Shown here: in pieces, positions 1 to 11,964 of the stretch
Layout of the letters: each line of letters starts with the position of its first letter
Position numbering within the stretch: position 1 is the stretch's first letter
DNA from: Ruditapes philippinarum
Lineage: Eukaryota
Assembly: GCF_026571515.1 (NCBI RefSeq)
Contig: NW_026852257.1
Span: 1-64,000, forward strand
DNA length: 64,000 nucleotides
Direction of reading: 5' to 3'
Notes under the pieces: model-generated
What the model saw: the letters and a program-made list of their open reading frames with translations, nothing else
What the model was told of the DNA's origin: nothing
Database searches by the model: none
Translations under genes and position numbers: made by a program

Positions 1-718
1 TTTAAACCTCGATATAAAGTATCTGGTAAAGTAAACACAAAGGTACATAGTAATAATAAACGTTTGAAACCGAATGTTAAAATGTTTTTACAAGGATTAG
101 CCAGTATGCTATAGAAAGTTATATTCCGTGTTATGTGCTATACTAATTTTCGGTAAATTGACCTCAGGCATTGTAAATAGTTATTATAGAAAAAAAATAT
201 ATATATGTTACAAGAAACGATAATAAAACAAAACAGAAAATTACATTATTTAATCATATATCTTTTTGGTGGTTGTATTCATTTATATCAAGTTTCAACT
301 TGCTTTTATTAGAACTATATATCTTAGATTTTTTTATTATTGCTTAAAATGATCGTTATTCGCTATATGTTTATTAATAGATCGGTTAATTAAAATGCAT
401 TTCAAAGTAAATGACAGCACTTAATCATGAGTTTCAAATTGATTATATACTTTATTTCATATTAGAATAACATGTGTATACATACATGTTTCAACTGTCA
501 ACGCACAATCATTAAATAAAGTTTAAATTGGGATAAGTCTTATTGTCGAAATAAAACTAAAGTTAATAGCTTAGTTAAAAACTAACAAAATATGTCTAGA
601 AAAGCACTTGTCGTCCAGCCAAGACAGAGAGGTGCGAGCGAATTCGCCGGTACAGTCAAACACCGCCTGACTAGAAATATTACAGTCAGCCTCTACGATG
701 TCAAACTATGTACAACAA

Positions 719-840
719 AAACCATGCAGATATAACCATAAACACCTTCTTCGATGTAAAACCATGCAGATATAACCATAAACACCTTCTTCGATGTACA
801 ACCATGCAGATATAACCATAAACACCTTCTTCGATGTAAA
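719..840. repeat. 40-bp tandem repeat, 3 copies
   Basis: accatgcagatataaccataaacaccttcttcgatgta recurs at 721, 761 and 801. Confidence 0.9.
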
Positions 841-1467
841 ATTATATGAAATAAGCGTCTACGATGTTTAAAATATATAACTATGCTGACACAGCCGTCA
901 ACAACAACAACAACAAAATTGTGGAATCAAATAAACTTTTGTTCCTGTCTTCAACCAGAGAAGCCGAAAACTTCCGTTTATCAATAGAATGTGTTTTTCT
1001 ATGTGTTATATAAACTTAAAAACAAAAACCCAGAGAAATACTGATGACAACTTCTTATCAAAATAATTATTTGTGCGCGACAGAGATATCCAAAATAAAT
1101 ATCACATAAACATTTGCGAGAATCGTGCAACAGCAAACTGTTAATTTAATTATCTTTTACTCAAAAACATTGCTACATAAATGAAGAATTATAGATCTAT
1201 CATCACTTTGTTGTATTGTTCAATACAAGACATTCTTTTTACAACGACGAAACAAGAACAGCGTTTACAGATGTGCCAATAAATATTCGAATATAACTTT
1301 ATCAACTTGTGTATCAAGTCTACGTTTACACGTATCAAATACATATATACAAATTTAAAAGAATCTTCAAGAACATCAAACATTTATGAACAATTATGAG
1401 TGTCAATTTAAAATTATACTTTATAAAGCTACATACCAACGATTTGAAATTCCCGACACGTCACGAC

Positions 1468-2820
1468 CATAGGTAATCGGCGCGTTGATTGGTCACTACC
1501 CCCGCACCCCCCTCCCCCCCCCCCCCACACCCACTCTCCAGCCCTCCTACCTCTCAAAACCATGTAAAATACGATATTTTTTCATTTGAAACATGTTTTA
1601 ATATTTGGTTTATGCTTTTAATTCAATAACCTTCAATTTCCTACAAAAAATAAAAAATTGATACATATATATTTAGTAAAGGTATGCAACTCGCCGCTCA
1701 ATTTTTCAGCACTCATCTTAATATGAACTCCATAACTTCAACATTTTTTCACCAATTTTCAATATATTTTGGTACCAAATGGTAGGGAATTGATTACTCT
1801 TAAAGGAATTAAAGTTGTCATTACAATCATTTCAAGTTATAAGAAGATATGTAATCTCGAAGTCACCGCAAGTGTAACTCGACAGTGATCTGACCGCTGG
1901 GTTTTCTTCAAAATTACCCGACTAAACGGCAGTTTATTCGAAATGAATGCATATTTCATTGTATAGCGCATATAAATATGATCAAATTATATTATTATTT
2001 GTAAAAACTGTTCAATCAAAACATCTTATAAAACTATAACAAACCTTTTTTCCTATATGTTAAATTCCAAATTATAATGAAAGTAATAGTTCTACAGAGT
2101 GCTCTCCCCTTCATTTTTTGTACGGAGTATTTTCATTGGTCTCAGGTTTTCATATGACCAATGAAAATACTCCATACGAATGCTTCCGTTTATACATGTG
2201 TACTTTCATTTTGGATTGGAGAATTTGGCATAACGGAAAAAAAGGTTTGTTATAGCTTTATAAGCTGTTTTGATTGAACAGTTATTACAAATAATAATAT
2301 AATTTGATCATATTTATATGCGCAATACAATGAAATATGCATTCATTTCGAATAAACTGCCGTTTAGTCGGGTAATTTTGAAGAAAACCCAGCGGTCAGA
2401 TCACTGTCGAGTTACACTTGCGGTGACTTCGAGATTACATATCTTCTTATAACTTGAAATGATTGTAATGACAACTTTAATTCCTTTAAGAGTAATCAAT
2501 TCCCTACCATTTGGTACCAAAATATTGAAAATTGGTGAAAAAATGTTGAAGTTATGGAGTTCATATTAAGATGAGTGCTGAAAATTGAGCGGCGAGTTGC
2601 ATACCTTTACTAAATATATACATGTGTATGTATCAATTTTTTATTTTTTGTAGGAAATGAAGGTTATTGAATTAAAAGCATAAACCAAATATTAAAACAT
2701 GTTTCAAATGAAAAATATTGTATTTTACATGGTTTTGAGAGGTAGGAGGGCTGTAGAGTGGGTGTGGGGGGGGGAGGGGGCTGCGGGGGTAGTGACCAAT
2801 CAACGCGCCGATTACCTATG
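1468..2820. mobile_element. Non-autonomous foldback DNA transposon (long-TIR MITE), 8-bp TSD, P- or hAT-like
   Basis: Starts CATAGGTAATCGGCGCGTTGATTGG and ends with its reverse complement. Arms of ~600 bp are near-perfect inverted copies. GTCACGAC flanks both ends (1460-1467 and 2821-2828). No coding capacity. Confidence 0.9.
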
Positions 2821-3401
2821 GTCACGACCACCAAGCCATACCGATGTCAGCAAGTACCTGTTACAAAAAATATACCTGTCACAGGAAGTGTTCAATGCGC
2901 ATGCACAATACACGTTTTACAGGAAATGAAACACCTGGACATTTTATCAATTATCAATTGTTTATAATATTTTTTAAACTTTTTCGTATATAAATATCTT
3001 TTCTACTCTTATCATACATATAATTCTGTTAAATTTTATACCTTAAAGTTTTTCTAATTAATATTCTTAAAATAATTTGTTCTTTGAAAATTGTTAACTT
3101 ATTTGTTTGTTTTTTATGTTTTCTTGATCTCTAGAAATTAACTTTTTTTTCTTTTTTTTTATGATGAAATAAAGGAAATTTAATATTTATTGAAAAACTT
3201 ATAAAGCTATAATATTTACCTTATGTCACTTTAATATTATTTGTAGAATAACAGTTATATTAACTGATTAAAAATTTCGAAAAGATTATCTTTACATTTA
3301 ACAATAATTATTTTTTTTACTTATTAAAAACATTACAAAATTGTTGAAGTAAATTATAACTTACCTACGGAAGAGCATTAGTGCCAGGTGTATGTTTTTT
3401 A

Positions 3402-3718
3402 TTAACTCGAAATTTCGAGTTACTAACTCGAAATTTCGAGTTACTAACTCGAAATTTCGAGTTACTAACTCGAAATTTCGACTTACTAACTCGAAATTTC
3501 GAGTTACTTATCTCGAAATTTCGAGTTACTAACTTGAAATTTCGACTTACTAACTCGAAATTTCGACTTAGTAACTCGAAATTTCGACTTACTAACTCGA
3601 AATTTCGACTTACTAACTCGAAATTTCGAGTTACTAAGTCGAAATTTCGGGTTAGTAACTCGAAATTTCGAGTTACTTATCTCGAAATTTCGACTTAGTA
3701 ACTCGAAATTTCGAGTTA
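3402..3718. repeat. 21-bp palindromic tandem array (TAACTCGAAATTTCGAGTTAC)n, left
   Basis: About 15 contiguous units with no spacers; produces the spurious LTRNFEL/SKFRVTN ORFs. Confidence 0.95.
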
Positions 3719-4600
3719 TTAACATTACAAGAATGGCCAAAGTTATTAGTTAGATGGTATAAGATATAGTAGGCAGTGCCTTTGAACGATGGAGATGGAG
3801 AAACGAGTGCCTGGACAAAAACTATTGAAATTTAACTTAAACTTAGTAATGGCATGTACACACCCGACCTAAAAAAAACAAGGCTTCCTTTAATTTGTAC
3901 GTTCAGGCGTTCTTCAGACGTTGTATTGTATCTCATCTGTTCGAACATATCTTTTCACTAATCATATTCTTCTCATCCCTGTAAATAACCGATCCTATAC
4001 TTCACGTGTGGGACATCTGAGGAAAGTATCGCGGCGTGGCCAAAATAGGGCGTGCTGAGGCCTTTGTCAAAATTGTTGGACTGACTATATTTCTTGTAAA
4101 ATCGGATGCTTTTAAATTTAAATTATTCCCAACATATATATAACAACAAGTATCACTTTTATCAACTTTTATCAACACAATATCAAAGTATTAGTAAATA
4201 ATGAATAATGTTACAAAAACATTATTAGTATAAAGAAACGTGACAGACTAACTGGCGTTTACACGCCAATTAAAACTTATTTAACACATGATATTGCACA
4301 GTTTACAATAGGGTGGGTTTTGGACTTGTTGTTTCTCCACATGATGGTTGTATGTGTGCTTAAGAAAAAGAAACACCCGGTTAACACAGAAATGTGGAAA
4401 GTGTGATTTTACAAAGCCCCCCCCCCCCTCCACAAAAAAGCGAAGGATATGTTCAGTATGTGTGGACAATTTGACCCTATAAAATTGTTCTGTTAAATAA
4501 ATGTTAAAAGTGCTCTGTCAATGTGCAACAGCTACACACGAAAGAAAGTATCTTGAATTCAATCCTTGCTTTCACCGGCAACCAATGAAAGTCGTGCAAT

Positions 4601-4982
4601 GTAAGTCGAAATTTCGAGTTAGTAAGTCGAAATTTCGAGTTACTAACTCGAAATTTCGAGTTAGTAAGTCGAAATTTCGAGTTAGTAAGTCGAAATTTCG
4701 AGTTAGTAACTCGAAATTTCGAGATAAGTAACTCGAAATTTCGAGTTAGTAACTCGAAATTTCGAGTTAATAAGTCGAAATTTCGAGTTAGTAAGTCGAA
4801 ATTTCGAGTTAGTAACTCGAAATTTCGAGATAAGTAACTCGAAATTTCGAGTTAGTAAGTCGAAATTTCGAGTTAGTAAGTCGAAATTTCGAGTTAGTAA
4901 CTCGAAATTTCGAGATAAGTAACTCGAAATTTCGAGTTAGTAAGTCGAAATTTCGAGTTAGTAACTCGAAATTTCGAGTTAA
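4601..4982. repeat. 21-bp palindromic tandem array, right (inverted relative to left)
   Basis: About 18 units of GTAA(G/C)TCGAAATTTCGAGTTA. Confidence 0.95.
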
Positions 4983-5782
4983 TAAAAAACATACACCTGG
5001 CACTAATGCTCTTCCGTACTTACCCGACTGCAGTATCCGAAAACTTTTTAAAAAGTGACAAGAAAATATATTGAGCGAATATTTCCGAATATTGTTTCCT
5101 AAGGCGTTTTTCTTTTTCAAAATAAAGTAACAAAAGTCGTTAGATAACATCTCTGACCGGACATCTCTGACCGGATATTACCTTAAGGATAAAACAGATG
5201 TCAAGTTGATTTTAGATTTTAGATTTTTATAATTTGTTAGAACGAGTTTGAAATGTTTGATATTAAATAATAACTTGTTCAATACTTTTTTTTTAAATAT
5301 TTTTTTTATAAGTAATGGAGGAATTGTCGTATAGCTGGTTGCACAGGCTAATGAGTCATACACGCTATATTCAAAAAGAATGACAAGTCAACATGTATAT
5401 ACATATAATAAGGTTTTTATTTCATAATGTGCACTATGGAACATGACATGATTTATGAGTATTATAGTTCAGGATGCATACGGACTGACCTAATGTCAGG
5501 ATGATTAAAATATGTAACTCTAAAACGTGTGTATTTATATACATTATAAAATGTCCTTAGGACAGGTTGATATTATATATACTATTCTCAAATGTCAGAG
5601 TGGGGAGTTCGGCTTTGGTATTCCACTCGTTCACATGTGTGTTTGTATTTGTATATTAAAAGTATGTAACATCCGTGACTTCTTCCTACGTTATACGACA
5701 AATACGAGGTAATGTAAGAACAGATTGGTACCTAAGAAATTTTTACATGTGGTCATTTACTCTATATTATCATCAATGTATA

Positions 5783-5865
5783 ACCGCCGTGGGTTCGAAT
5801 TCCGACAGGAACTTTGGATTCTTTCATGTGAGTGTGTCGGTGTGACGTAAAACCTAATCAAACAA
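5783..5865 (+). mobile_element. tRNA-derived SINE fragment
   Basis: B-box GGGTTCGAATTCC followed by ggattctttcatgtgag and gtcggtgtgacgtaaaacc; same family as the SINE at 12556/16470. Confidence 0.55.
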
Positions 5866-6251
5866 AAAAAAAATCACTAATGTATATCGTGTAATAAGCA
5901 GCCACAATGTAAATCTTTTGATCACTTTACCGTTAAGCCATGACGTCGACACCAGTGTAGATGTACGCCTGCCTCAACTTTCGCATGAATAATTAAGCAT
6001 TTTAATACTGTTCAAATTGTCTTGATTTAGTAAATGACCGTTCAAAAGTCAATAGTGGTGAAGTTCATTACTGTAGAACAGAAAATGTAAGATTGTTTTG
6101 AAAATGGTTAAAGGAATTTTATTCTTTTTAAAATATATGTATTTATAAGAATTTATTTGATAGAAGTAACAAAAAACAACAACAAAAAAAACCCCCAAAA
6201 ACATGCACATTATGTAGATGGATGAGTAATTATTGCATTGTATCGTTTTAA

Positions 6252-8339
6252 TCAGCCTATGACACTGTTAGGGTCAGGCTGTTTTCTGAGTGTAACAATG
6301 GTCTTACAGTTGGGATTTCCGTCTTTAAATTCGTTTTGGAATTTCAATACAAGGCAGATGGTGTAATACGTCCCCGAAGATAACTGGTAAAATGTGAAAC
6401 TCTTCTGTTCTATCCCTAGATATGTTGTCTTTGTCCTCCATTCATTGCTAATTATCTCAAATTTTATTTCTGAAATGAAATTTAAATCGTCGATTGTCCA
6501 TGTTACTTCTATAAAGTTTTCACCTACGTTATTGATAATGAGTTCAAATTGCGGCAATGATTGTGTAGTCAAGATGTTAGAAGTGGCGGACGTTGTTACT
6601 GGTATTGTTGATGAACTTGAGCCGTTCACAGTAGGTACATCTGGGCAGGCTTTTGCAGGTTGAGTCCCTGAGCACATTTCGTTCCTACTGAATTGATTAA
6701 AAAATTTGTTAGCAAGCGTTGTCGGTGAAGTACACTTTCCCATATCTAGTGCTAGGTGGTCTGGTTTGTTTTGTGAACTATACCAATCATATAGCCATAC
6801 TAGATCACAATCACAGACAAGGGGATTTCCGTACAGTGTAAATGTTGGTATAGAGGGGAAATCGTTCACTACACATTTATCAATACTTTGTAACGCATTA
6901 CCTCTTAGGTTTATTGTTTGAAGAAAGAGTCTTGGTCCGTGGAATGTGTTTTGTTTTAAAGATGATATGTTATTACCGGATAGTATTAGTGAATTCAATT
7001 CTGTATTTCCTTTAAATGCGTTATCTGGCAGATTGTTTATACCCGTGTTAGAGATATCTAACACTTTCAGGTTTGTAAGCCTTGTAAGATCTTTCCAAAA
7101 CTGGTCCAAATCAAATCTATTGTTATTAATGTTTAAAATTTCTACCGATGCTTCAATTCCGAAGAATGAATTATTCTGAAAATGTATACGCGTATTATGC
7201 GTATTCTGATCATTTATTCGAAGGTCTACGAGAAACGGCATGTTCTGAAAAGCCCGGGTTGTGACAGAGTTTATTTGGTTAAAAGACAGATCGAGCGTAT
7301 GAAGATTTGATAGGCCAACAAACATATTCTTGTCAATTCTTGTAAGACCGATATCCTGACAGTTTATATACCTTAAAGCAGGGGTTTCGCGAAATATACC
7401 AGGAATAAATGTTCTTATTTCAAAATTATAACCTATATTTAGCTGATATAAACTTGTCCAAAGGGCGCCTCTAAGGAAGTCGATGTTATCCAAGCTGTTG
7501 CTACTAATATCCAAGAAGACAATTGTATCTTTCACTCCATTAAATGCGTTACGAGCAATTGATTTTAAATGTATATTATTTAGTATATTCACTTCTTTCA
7601 AACCGTTCAATGGAGCGAATGAGTCTCCGAAAATGTGATCTATTCCTGTGTCGATAATATATAAAGATGACAGTTTTTGAAAAGTTTGTAATGCTGGTAC
7701 AGGTAAAAATGTTAATGAAGGCATCTTTTCCAGACGGAATCTAGTTACGTTCTGCATTATACGTAATATATCCGGTTGAATAGACGTCAAATGTTTCCAG
7801 TTTATCAGGGATAAAGATTCCAAGTTTGGGAAAGGTAACACAACTGGGATTTGCAAGACAGCGGATCCGTAATTCTCCAGATGTAAAGATTTGAGATATA
7901 CATCCAGCTGGGCAAGTGCTTGGTACGGCATTGTGTTCGAGCCATCTCCCTCTAGTAGAAGTGACGTCAATGTTGGTACCAGTGAGTTAAAAGCCGACAT
8001 ATCCACATCTGATATTGGGTTATTTCTCAGGTCAATTGTTTTAACCTTCAATTTAGCGAAAGCGTTCGCGTGTAAGCGCCTTATGTTGTTACATTTTGCG
8101 AATGGCTGACAGGTCCCAGTGTTTTCCAACGAGGTAAATCTAATCTCGTCGTAAATCAAGTGTGTGTCAGTAAATGTTGGTATCTCTGTTAGGTTTTTAT
8201 ACCTACAATTTATTATTTTCTTCCCTTCTGTCTCAAAACAGTCACATTTTGGTGTCGGCGAAACACATGTCTGGGAGAACACACAACAATGCATCAAGAG
8301 AACGAGTAAGCTGGAGATTTCCAAAGTCACAGAAACCAT
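6252..8339 (-). CDS. Secreted leucine-rich repeat protein (signal peptide, LRRNT, LRR array, LRRCT, Ser/Thr linker, FN3 domain), 695 aa
   Basis: Uninterrupted ORF. The ATG at 8339 begins a hydrophobic signal peptide (MVSVTLEISSLLVLLMHCCVFS). N-cap CDC...INCRYKNLTEIP; many LxxLxLxxNxI repeats; C-cap GNPLVCDCDLVWL; FN3-like IEVTW...YQLSSGTYYTICL. A TTACAG acceptor 6 nt before the ATG suggests a 5'UTR intron. Confidence 0.9.
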   Translation of the reverse strand: MVSVTLEISSLLVLLMHCCVFSQTCVSPTPKCDCFETEGKKIINCRYKNLTEIPTFTDTHLIYDEIRFTSLENTGTCQPFAKCNNIRRLHANAFAKLKVKTIDLRNNPISDVDMSAFNSLVPTLTSLLLEGDGSNTMPYQALAQLDVYLKSLHLENYGSAVLQIPVVLPFPNLESLSLINWKHLTSIQPDILRIMQNVTRFRLEKMPSLTFLPVPALQTFQKLSSLYIIDTGIDHIFGDSFAPLNGLKEVNILNNIHLKSIARNAFNGVKDTIVFLDISSNSLDNIDFLRGALWTSLYQLNIGYNFEIRTFIPGIFRETPALRYINCQDIGLTRIDKNMFVGLSNLHTLDLSFNQINSVTTRAFQNMPFLVDLRINDQNTHNTRIHFQNNSFFGIEASVEILNINNNRFDLDQFWKDLTRLTNLKVLDISNTGINNLPDNAFKGNTELNSLILSGNNISSLKQNTFHGPRLFLQTINLRGNALQSIDKCVVNDFPSIPTFTLYGNPLVCDCDLVWLYDWYSSQNKPDHLALDMGKCTSPTTLANKFFNQFSRNEMCSGTQPAKACPDVPTVNGSSSSTIPVTTSATSNILTTQSLPQFELIINNVGENFIEVTWTIDDLNFISEIKFEIISNEWRTKTTYLGIEQKSFTFYQLSSGTYYTICLVLKFQNEFKDGNPNCKTIVTLRKQPDPNSVIG

Positions 8340-9869
8340 GTTAGTCTGTAACGAATGAAAAACGTGTAGTTCACTGTAATATCCAATATATATGCGATTA
8401 TTTTCTATATAACACAGTTTATTAAACAACTTTTAATATCTATGACGATGTAATGGTTGCTATACTCGTATATTTTGAAAGTTTTCTTATCAGTGAATCC
8501 ATGATAATAAATTGTGACACTGTCACTCACGTTAACAACAAGGGATGTTACAAAAGTATACAGTTTATGTTGTCATTTTGCTTAATATTTGTGTGTGCAA
8601 ATAAGTATAAATGTTCCTTAAAAAAAATATGTTGTACAAATTGTGTTATGAACAGATGATTTTTTTCTATCTTAAATGTTAATGTTTCACATTTTGCTCC
8701 GTCCGCCTTCGTAAAAAGGAAAATGTAAAATATATCGACCTATTCTATATTCAAGTAATTTGTCGTATTTTTAAAGTGAACACAACTAAAAATACTTATT
8801 ACATTGTACGAATTAACTCATCAAAAACTCAATTACGCTGTTAATGACCACAGACACTTGGGATTTGGAGCTCAAAACGCCTTTAAAATCCAAATAAAAT
8901 GCATATTTGTCAATCCCAGCACATGTACTGATCATATATATCAAAAAAACTTAATATAAGCCGTTTTGAAAAAAATTCATATTTCAACATCTCATAGATG
9001 GATCGTCAACGTTTAGACGTGCAATAATTGGAGTACATCTTAATATTAAACTTTCAATACAAAAATTGAGCAGACACTTTTATAGGACCCACTTTTTGTC
9101 TTCTCTTCCAGGATATCCTTAAACTTAATAAGTTTTATATGACAGGTGATTAATTAACACATTAAATTAAAGCTGAAAGTACTATCCCTGAACCATCTAA
9201 GGATAAGGATTCTCCCGTTTGTTTGGTCACCAGTTTATATTGTCTCGCTTTTATTTGTTGTACTACTGTAGGTCTATGTCTGCACCAGTATAACTGTATC
9301 ATTATGATGAACTTTATACAGTGAATTTTTATCATTTTCATAGAAATATTGGTGTATGTTTTTCATATCCGGCTTACCGTTATATATCACTGTTATTTTC
9401 TCACCACGACAAATATGTAAGCGACACACCTTTGTTGTTTGTTTATTTACTCATGACAAAGTGTTGTTCAATTTATCTCGTGAAACAAAATCAAAATCCA
9501 CATGCTTATAAATATCATAGAAAATTTTTAATTAATGTTTGTATTAAAGCTGCACGCCTCCAGATGAGCCAAAATATTTCAAGAAAATCAATATTGAGAA
9601 AAAAGCACTAAACTTTTAAGAAAGGTAAAAACATTCAAAATCCAAGTTATATTTTACATGTGTGGTTTAAGACTGATTTGGCAGTATTACCATAATTCTA
9701 CTACGTTACTAACCAGTAAGGGCTGTTTTTTGCACATGCTGAGCACGTTTTGTTTATTTTCGTGGATTGTAAGTGCCGATCATAACATAATGTTAACATT
9801 TTGTATAGCAATTTAATATACACGTTATTAATCATGGCATACAAATTTGCATATAAAATAGAGAAAAAC

Positions 9870-10190
9870 AGAATCCCTAAAGAAAGCCCAACACGACAAA
9901 ATTGAAAATGTTGCTGGCTCGGTTTGATTGAGCCTGTTCATGGACGGTAATGGAGAGTGCAAGTTACCGTCCACGTCCCCTAGCACCGGCTTAAGCAGAA
10001 TTCAACATTTAGCACGAGAATGGCAAAATTTTGAATTTAGAAAAACATCCGCAGATGTGTTCATACGGCGGTTATCATAGAACCTTCAATTTGACACAAT
10101 AGTGTCATTCCATGAAAAGCGGCATATGGTTCCCAAGTAAAAGAATGCTTGTGCCCTAAACGAGAAAACAATGGGCGGAACTAAATAAAA
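9870..10190. repeat. Dispersed repeat, unclassified (other copies at 10514-10653 and 53153-53457)
   Basis: aatccctaaaga...gagcctgttcatggacggtaatgg...agttaccgtccacg...gcagaattcaa occurs three times in the same orientation. Confidence 0.8.
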
Positions 10191-11366
10191 TGGAATTTTG
10201 AAAGGGGATCTGAGGTTATGAAGCCTGCATATCACAGATAAGACGTCAAAAGACAAATTTAAAAAGCAGGCAACATATCCTAAGGGTGATTATACAGTAT
10301 TCAAATTGGAATACTGGAACCACCCAAGTTGAAAAAGGCCAAATAGAAGAAACTAAAAGTACCACATGACATGTATACACAACAATAATGTCGTGCTGAA
10401 CGATCTTCAAGGATCGAAAATATAACATCATTGATTAAATGTACGGGGAGACTTTTTACAGCCGCCACACGGCACAAATAACACGGATGTGACAATGAAA
10501 TAGAGAAAAACATAATCCCTAAAGAGCCTAAAAATTGAAAATGTTGCAGGCTCGGTTAGATTGAGCCTGTTCATGGACGGTAATGGAAAGTGCAAGTTAC
10601 CGTCCACGCCCCCTAGCACCGGCTTAAACAGAATTCAACATTTAACACGAGAAATTCATTTTTGCCATGCCTTTATCAATTGGACTTATGAATGATATAT
10701 GTTTTGAAAGACAATAAATCAAAATAAATTTAATAAACAATAAAATCCGTATCCATTCATTTTTGTTTTGCATCCAAAATAACATAAACAACGTGTTTTA
10801 CTTTATTACTTATTTTCTGTCAAACGTAGTTGATTTTTGCCTGTTATGATGTAATGAAATACTTGTAGTGAATAACGTTTCTTAGTGTATGTTCATGTGG
10901 AATTAGACAGAATAAAATGATGACGTGAAACAAGCGAAAACATACGCTTCCATTTCAAATTAGATTGCAACAATTAATTTATCTTGTATATTATTTTAAA
11001 CAGTATGAAATTGTATGTGTTATTTTGTCAATGATATCACAATGAATGATTTTCCGGCAGATGTTCTCATAAACAACAACAATACATTCAATTCACGTAG
11101 GGCACAAAATGGGCGCAATTTAACGAAACACTTGCCATTTGTTACAAGCGTAACACTAAGTAACACCTATGTAACGCATGTGAATTGAGTATCACTTGTA
11201 ACAAGTTAATTCTGATTTCTTACAATTTTAAAGGCTTGTGCTGTAATACTTGTAACAACCTGTAAAATTTGTAACAATCATGTGTGAAATTTTCATTTCA
11301 TTCTCAACTCTCGTAACATGTGTAACAATGCTGTAACAACAATGTAACAAACTTGTAACATCTATA

Positions 11367-11960
11367 ACCCCCAAAAAGGGATATCACTGTGGGTTGTGTC
11401 AGCTTGACTGTGTTCCCTGAAGCTATAACTGCCGGTGTTATTTTCATAAGGACACGCGAAAAAACATATCACCGTGGTTTCTGTTAGCTTGACTGTGTTC
11501 CCTAAGGCTATACCTGCCGTTGTTTTTGCCGTAAGGATCCCCCAAAAGGCATATCACCATGTGTTGTGTCAGCTTGACTGTGTTCCCTGAAGCTATAACT
11601 GCCGGTGTTATTTTCATAAGGACACGCGAAAAGGCATATCACCGTGGTTTCTGTTAGCTTGACTGTGTTCCCTAAGGCTATACCTGCCGTTGTTTTTGCC
11701 GTAAGGATCCCCCAAAAGGCATATCACCATGTGTTGTGTCAGCTTGACTGTGTTCCCTGAAGCTATAACTGCCGGTGTTATTTTCATAAGGACACGCGAA
11801 AAGGCATATCACCGTGGTTTCTGTTAGCTTGACTGTGTTCCCTAAGGCTATACCTGCCGTTGTTTTTGCTGTAAAGATCCCCAAAAGGCATATCACCATG
11901 TGTTGTGTCAGCTTGACTGTGTTCCCTGAAGCTATAACTGCCGGTGTTATTTCCATCAGG
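11367..11960. repeat. ~170-bp tandem repeat (dimer of ~85-bp subunits), ~3.5 copies
   Basis: ccccaaaaggcatatcacc recurs at ~11368, 11540, 11709 and 11879; agcttgactgtgttccct recurs every ~85 bp. Confidence 0.9.
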
Positions 11961-11964
11961 AAAC

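Larger units (their letters stand above)
3366..5018. mobile_element. Non-autonomous DNA transposon, IS3EU-like (TAYGG termini, 6-bp TSD), with subterminal 21-bp palindromic arrays
   Basis: TIR TACGGAAGAGCATTAGTGCCAGGTGTATGTTTTTTATT at 3366 and its reverse complement ending at 5018. CTTACC is duplicated at 3360-3365 and 5019-5024. Superfamily assigned from recalled terminus and TSD rules. Confidence 0.8.

Noticed and set aside
3381-5150. CRISPR-like palindromic repeats and repetitive ORFs (LTRNFEL, SKFRVTN)
   Set aside because: Units are contiguous with no unique spacers, there are no cas genes and the context is eukaryotic; the ORFs are by-products of a 21-bp period.
6394-8358. Short + strand ORFs over the LRR gene (likewise antisense ORFs over the LINE and BEL)
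   Set aside because: Antisense shadows of real coding sequence with no motifs.
8340-8429. N-terminal extension of the LRR ORF from the TTG start
   Set aside because: Non-ATG start in a eukaryote; the signal peptide begins at ATG 8339 and an acceptor site lies just upstream.
9941-9984. Helitron 3' terminus (hairpin + CTAG) or self-cleaving ribozyme
   Set aside because: Homology between copies continues well past CTAG; no hammerhead, twister or HDV core recognised by eye.
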